64,000 nucleotides of DNA from an uncultured Halanaerobiales bacterium (GTDB lineage: Bacteria; Bacillota; Halanaerobiia; Halanaerobiales; M55B127), in NCBI GenBank assembly GCA_964526845.1, contig CAZGMM010000002.1:1183-65182 (forward strand). Direction: 5' to 3'. The notes under the pieces are model-generated. The model saw only the letters and a program-made list of their open reading frames with translations, was not told the origin of the DNA and searched no databases. The position numbers were made by a program, and so were the translations under genes. Numbering within the stretch: the stretch's first letter is position 1; every line of letters begins with the position of its first letter. Shown here piece after piece: positions 60,150 to 64,000 of this stretch.

Positions 60150-61622
60150 TTGTCTGAAACAGAATACTATTCAGAGAATTTAAGACCGCAGATACACTTT
60201 TCCCCACCTAAAAATTGGATGAATGATCCTAATGGACTTGTGTATTACAAGGGAGAGTACCACCTCTTTTACCAGCATAATCCAACCGAAAACAGATGGG
60301 GGAATATCCACTGGGGACATGCCGTAAGTAAAGACCTTCTGCACTGGGAACATCTTGATATAGCCCTGAAACCCGATGAATATGGTTTGATGTTTTCGGG
60401 TAGTGCTGTAGTTGATAAAGATGACACTAGTGGTTTTTTTGATGGTGAGGACGGATTGGTAGCAATCTATACCACTGCCCTGCCTCAGAAAAACAAAGAC
60501 TTTTACCTCCAACAGCAGTGTATTGCCTATAGTAAAGATAAAGGACGGACCTGGCATAAATATGAAGGAAATCCCGTCCTCGAGAACGAGACCTGGCAGG
60601 ACTTCCGCGACCCAAAAGTATTCTGGCATGATGAAACAGACAGTTGGGTTATGGTTGTAACGCAAGGTAAAAAGGTTAATTTCTACCGTTCTGATGATTT
60701 AAAGAACTGGGATTTTGTCAGCGACTTTTCCTGTAATGCCTTCTATTTTGAAGGGGTCTGGGAATGTCCGGATTTAATAAAATTACCGGTGGAAAATGAA
60801 GATGAAGCCAAATGGCTGCTTCAGGTCGGTGTTCAGGATAACAGCCGGGCCGGTGGTTCCGGTGTCCAGTACTTTGTAGGAGAGTTTGACGGCTATGAAT
60901 TTACCAACCTAAATCCTGACCAGAAGACCTTCTGGGTTGACTATGGACAGGATTTTTATGCGGTTCAATCCTGGTTTAACTTACCAACTGAACAAAACAG
61001 AGAGGTCTGGACTGCCTGGATGAATAATCTTGCTTACTGTGAAGCAGTTCCTACTAATGATTGGCGGGGGGTTCTTTCAATCCCGCGTGAGATTGGACTT
61101 AAAAAATCCAATAAAAAATACTATCTAAAACAAGAACCAATTAGAGAACTTGATAATCTCAAAGAGAGGGAAGACAATATTTTAGAACACGACCTGGTTA
61201 ATGACTTCAACTGCAAACTGGATTTTGATCCTTTTGAGGTTAACTTCCAGGCCGCCATAGATTCCAAGGACAAGTTAAATGTTAATTTGATTAGAGGTAA
61301 TAATTTAAAGATAAATTTACTTTATGATAGGAAGAATAAGGAAGTAGTATTACGAAGATCCTTTAGAATTGATAAAAAGATGGGTCGGGTTTTTAATGAT
61401 ACCCATACCGCTTTAATTGAAGAGGACAAGGAAAAGATAGATATCCAGCTAATCATGGACCGTTCCACAATAGAGATCTTTATTAATGGCGGCGAAATTG
61501 TCTTTAGTGATTTGGTCTTCCCGGAAGAGGATGGTAGTACAATCTTTTCTATCATAACGGACAGCAAACAGGGTAAAGTCTATGATTTAAATATTAATAA
61601 GTTAGAGAGTATCTGGAGTTAA
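60150..61622 (+). CDS. Glycoside hydrolase family 32 (intracellular beta-fructofuranosidase / sucrose-6-phosphate hydrolase type)
   Basis: TTG start after GAGGAGG. NWMNDPNGL (nucleophile), FRDPKVFW, WECPDL (acid/base). No signal peptide. Confidence 0.93.
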   Translation: MSETEYYSENLRPQIHFSPPKNWMNDPNGLVYYKGEYHLFYQHNPTENRWGNIHWGHAVSKDLLHWEHLDIALKPDEYGLMFSGSAVVDKDDTSGFFDGEDGLVAIYTTALPQKNKDFYLQQQCIAYSKDKGRTWHKYEGNPVLENETWQDFRDPKVFWHDETDSWVMVVTQGKKVNFYRSDDLKNWDFVSDFSCNAFYFEGVWECPDLIKLPVENEDEAKWLLQVGVQDNSRAGGSGVQYFVGEFDGYEFTNLNPDQKTFWVDYGQDFYAVQSWFNLPTEQNREVWTAWMNNLAYCEAVPTNDWRGVLSIPREIGLKKSNKKYYLKQEPIRELDNLKEREDNILEHDLVNDFNCKLDFDPFEVNFQAAIDSKDKLNVNLIRGNNLKINLLYDRKNKEVVLRRSFRIDKKMGRVFNDTHTALIEEDKEKIDIQLIMDRSTIEIFINGGEIVFSDLVFPEEDGSTIFSIITDSKQGKVYDLNINKLESIWS

Positions 61623-61641
61623 AAATATAAAGGGGGTCAAA

Positions 61642-62181
61642 ATGAAAATATATACAAGAAGTGGAGACAAGGGAAATACAAGTCTTTTTGATAATTCGAG
61701 AGTACCAAAGGATTCAATCCGGGTAGAAAGTTATGGAACCTTAGATGAACTAAATTCCCAGCTGGGAATGGCCCGCAGTATGTTAAAAAATAATGAGATA
61801 GCTGAGACAATAAAAAAGGTTCAGCGTCAATTATTCAATGTAGCCGGTGAACTGGCTACACCCAATAGTGAAGACTTTCCAGAAAGGGTTAGGCCTGAAG
61901 ACATTGAAGAATTAGAGGGGATTATCGATAATCTTTTAGATAAGATGAATAAAGAACAGCTTTCAAAGTTTATCATCCCCGGCAGTAATAGGTGTTCGGC
62001 CGCCCTGCATGTAGCCCGCACCATCTGCCGGAGGGCAGAGAGAAGAATCATTACTTTAGCCCGTGAGGAAGAGATCAGAGAAGAGCTGCTTAAGTATGTA
62101 AATAGGCTTTCTGATGTCATCTACTCACTAGCCCGTTATGTGGAAAGTGAACTTGACTACGTAGATTTCAAAAAAGAGTAA
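61642..62181 (+). CDS. PduO-type ATP:cob(I)alamin adenosyltransferase
   Basis: MKIYTRSGDKGNTSL..., YGTLDELNS, HVARTICRRAER. Confidence 0.92.
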   Translation: MKIYTRSGDKGNTSLFDNSRVPKDSIRVESYGTLDELNSQLGMARSMLKNNEIAETIKKVQRQLFNVAGELATPNSEDFPERVRPEDIEELEGIIDNLLDKMNKEQLSKFIIPGSNRCSAALHVARTICRRAERRIITLAREEEIREELLKYVNRLSDVIYSLARYVESELDYVDFKKE

Positions 62182-62199
62182 TTTAAAAGGGTGGATAAG

Positions 62200-63255
62200 A
62201 TGCGTTTTGATGAAAGAGATATTATGTTTGCTCGGATAAACTATGAACCGGGCACTAAGATATATGAAGAGTACTATGAGAAAAATCCAGAGAAAAAAGA
62301 GTTTGATGACTTTTTAAGGTCTCTACCCGGTTTTATGGTCGAAGAAGCATATTCATTTGATCCTCTCAACTCCGGCCTGGTAAATGGGACCTATAACTTT
62401 TTAAGTGATTTAAAAGAGCAGGCCGCGGGAGAAGCAAGTGAAGACACTTATCAGGTAGAGAAAGATGAAATAAGTAAAAAAATAAAACAGATTGCCAAAT
62501 TCTACGGGGCTGACTTGGTCGGTATAACTGAAATGAAAGACGAGTTTTATTATACCCACCGGGGTCGGGAAAAAGCTCACCACGGTGAAAAAGTTACCAA
62601 CAAACACAAATACGGTATTGTGTTTGCCGTTGAACTAGAGAAAGATATGGTCAATAGGGCTCCCCGTCTGGGACAGTCCTTGGAGACTTCGAAAGGATAT
62701 GTAAAGGCCGGTATCATCGGCATGATCTTAAGCTATTATTTGAGAGAATTAGGCTATGAGGCCAGAAATCACATGGACGGTAACTATCTCCTCATGGCAC
62801 CTTTCACGGCAGAGGCAGCCGGACTGGGTGAAATCGGCCGGATGGGTATTTTGGTTACGAAAGAATACGGTCCCCGGGTTAGACTGGGAGTTGTTACGAC
62901 TGATCTTAAATTAAAGACAGATCAAAGGGAACCCTTCGGCATGAAAGAATTCTGTAAGATTTGTAATAAGTGTGCGGATAACTGTCCTTCCGATGCGATT
63001 GATTCAGGCTCTCCCGGCCAGTTGAATGGGGAAGCCAGATGGAAGACCGAAGTTGAAAAATGCTTTAAAGTATGGCAGATGTCAGGCACGGACTGCGGCA
63101 TCTGTATTGCGAGCTGTCCTTTTTCTCAAAATATAGATCTCGATAAGATCAATAAGATGAAGGATAATCCCAAAGTTATGAGAGATATTTTGAGGAAGTA
63201 TAATCAAGAACACGAGGAACGCCCTTATAATGAAAGCGAACATGAATGGCTATAA
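62200..63255 (+). CDS. Cytoplasmic Fe-S protein of the reductive dehalogenase / epoxyqueuosine reductase (corrinoid) superfamily
   Basis: ATG 62200 after AGGGTGG. AKFYGADLVGIT, AEAAGLGEIGRMGILVTKEYGPRVRLGVVTTD, CKICNKCADNCP and CGICIASCP cluster motifs. No Tat signal. Confidence 0.65.
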   Translation: MRFDERDIMFARINYEPGTKIYEEYYEKNPEKKEFDDFLRSLPGFMVEEAYSFDPLNSGLVNGTYNFLSDLKEQAAGEASEDTYQVEKDEISKKIKQIAKFYGADLVGITEMKDEFYYTHRGREKAHHGEKVTNKHKYGIVFAVELEKDMVNRAPRLGQSLETSKGYVKAGIIGMILSYYLRELGYEARNHMDGNYLLMAPFTAEAAGLGEIGRMGILVTKEYGPRVRLGVVTTDLKLKTDQREPFGMKEFCKICNKCADNCPSDAIDSGSPGQLNGEARWKTEVEKCFKVWQMSGTDCGICIASCPFSQNIDLDKINKMKDNPKVMRDILRKYNQEHEERPYNESEHEWL

Positions 63256-63291
63256 GAACTTAACAAGCTAATTGAGAGTGAGTGGATATTT

Positions 63292-64000
63292 GTGAAAAAA
63301 CCAGGCTATATTTTTTTAATATTTTTAATTATCTTACCCGCATTTATTTTCAATGTACAGGCAGATGAAATTAATTTTATTAAAAAGGATAAACTGATAA
63401 CTGAACTTAATCTAGATAGAGATATTGAAATCATTGATAAAAGATTTATTGATTTAACAGGTGATGGGATAAAGGAACAGGTATTTTTAATTGGTCAAAG
63501 GCCGGCCGGGCCCGATTCCATATTTTATGCCCCCCTGAAAGTGATTGTTTATGATATTTATAAGAAAGAATTCTATGTGATCTCATATGACAACTTTAAC
63601 GGCTATGAACCCCAGATGGCCTTTTATGATTTTACGGGTGACCAAATAAAAGATATCTTTATTGAAGCAAATACAGGCGGCAGCGGAGGCATCTATAAAC
63701 ATTTAATTGCGACTATTTCGGATAATGATTTAAAGATAATATTTAATGAAAGCCATAATAAGCCGCTTCATATTTCAGGTAATTATGAAGATAACTTTAA
63801 AACTACCCTTAGAATCAATGAAATAGATAAGAACTTAAGATTAGATTTATCTTTTAATAGAAATAAATATGTGCAGGAAGGTATTTATAATTCAAATGGT
63901 GCTTTACAAAGAGAAATACAACCTTATAGCTATTCTTTTGGTCAGTTAAAACCGGTTGACTTTGATTTAGATCAAACCATGGAACTCAAGGGAATCCAGA
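63292..64000 (+). CDS. Secreted protein of unknown function, 3'-truncated by the window end
   Basis: GVG... GTG 63292; open frame without stops to 64000. Signal peptide IFLIFLIILPAFIFNVQA/DE. Repeated DLTGDGIKE / DFTGDQIKD FG-GAP-like motifs. Confidence 0.6.
   Translation, partial: MKKPGYIFLIFLIILPAFIFNVQADEINFIKKDKLITELNLDRDIEIIDKRFIDLTGDGIKEQVFLIGQRPAGPDSIFYAPLKVIVYDIYKKEFYVISYDNFNGYEPQMAFYDFTGDQIKDIFIEANTGGSGGIYKHLIATISDNDLKIIFNESHNKPLHISGNYEDNFKTTLRINEIDKNLRLDLSFNRNKYVQEGIYNSNGALQREIQPYSYSFGQLKPVDFDLDQTMELKGIQ

Overview
AT-rich core chromosomal segment with Firmicutes-type gene order. All 56 protein genes I can support lie on the + strand; I found no rRNA, tRNA, CRISPR array, transposase or integrase. 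Conserved blocks in order: short ssb-like gene; two orphan flagellar-accessory genes plus cell-envelope genes; sigH, csp, hpf-secA-prfB (prfB has the classical +1 frameshift); a DUF5693-like/csaB/tagA-family wall-polymer cluster; ctp protease; sdaAB-sdaAA; uvrB-uvrA-uvrC; a small ferredoxin missed by the ORF track; glyA; HAD phosphatase; radical SAM; YesL-like/ROK kinase/glucodextranase-like protein; squalene-synthase-like gene; lipid kinase; rapZ-yvcK-whiA-rpoN-cggR-gap-pgk-tpiA-gpmI-eno; a periplasm/outer-membrane block (Spy-like protein, SGNH hydrolase, TetR-TolC-adaptor-RND pump); secG; hppA; thioesterase/HD/SDR; rnr-smpB; GH32 hydrolase; PduO adenosyltransferase plus an RdhA/QueG-like Fe-S protein; and a secreted protein that runs off the window end. 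Outer-membrane components alongside sigH and Bacillus/Clostridium-like synteny, with many acidic proteins, suggest a diderm and possibly halophilic Firmicute such as Halanaerobiales; this is inference. I see no convincing novel multi-gene system. The best leads are the corrinoid enzyme pair, a promoter-terminator leader or sRNA unit, an unusually long coiled-coil adaptor on the RND pump, a eukaryote-type squalene synthase, and the orphan flagellar/envelope cluster. Nearly all minus-strand ORFs in the track look like antisense shadows.
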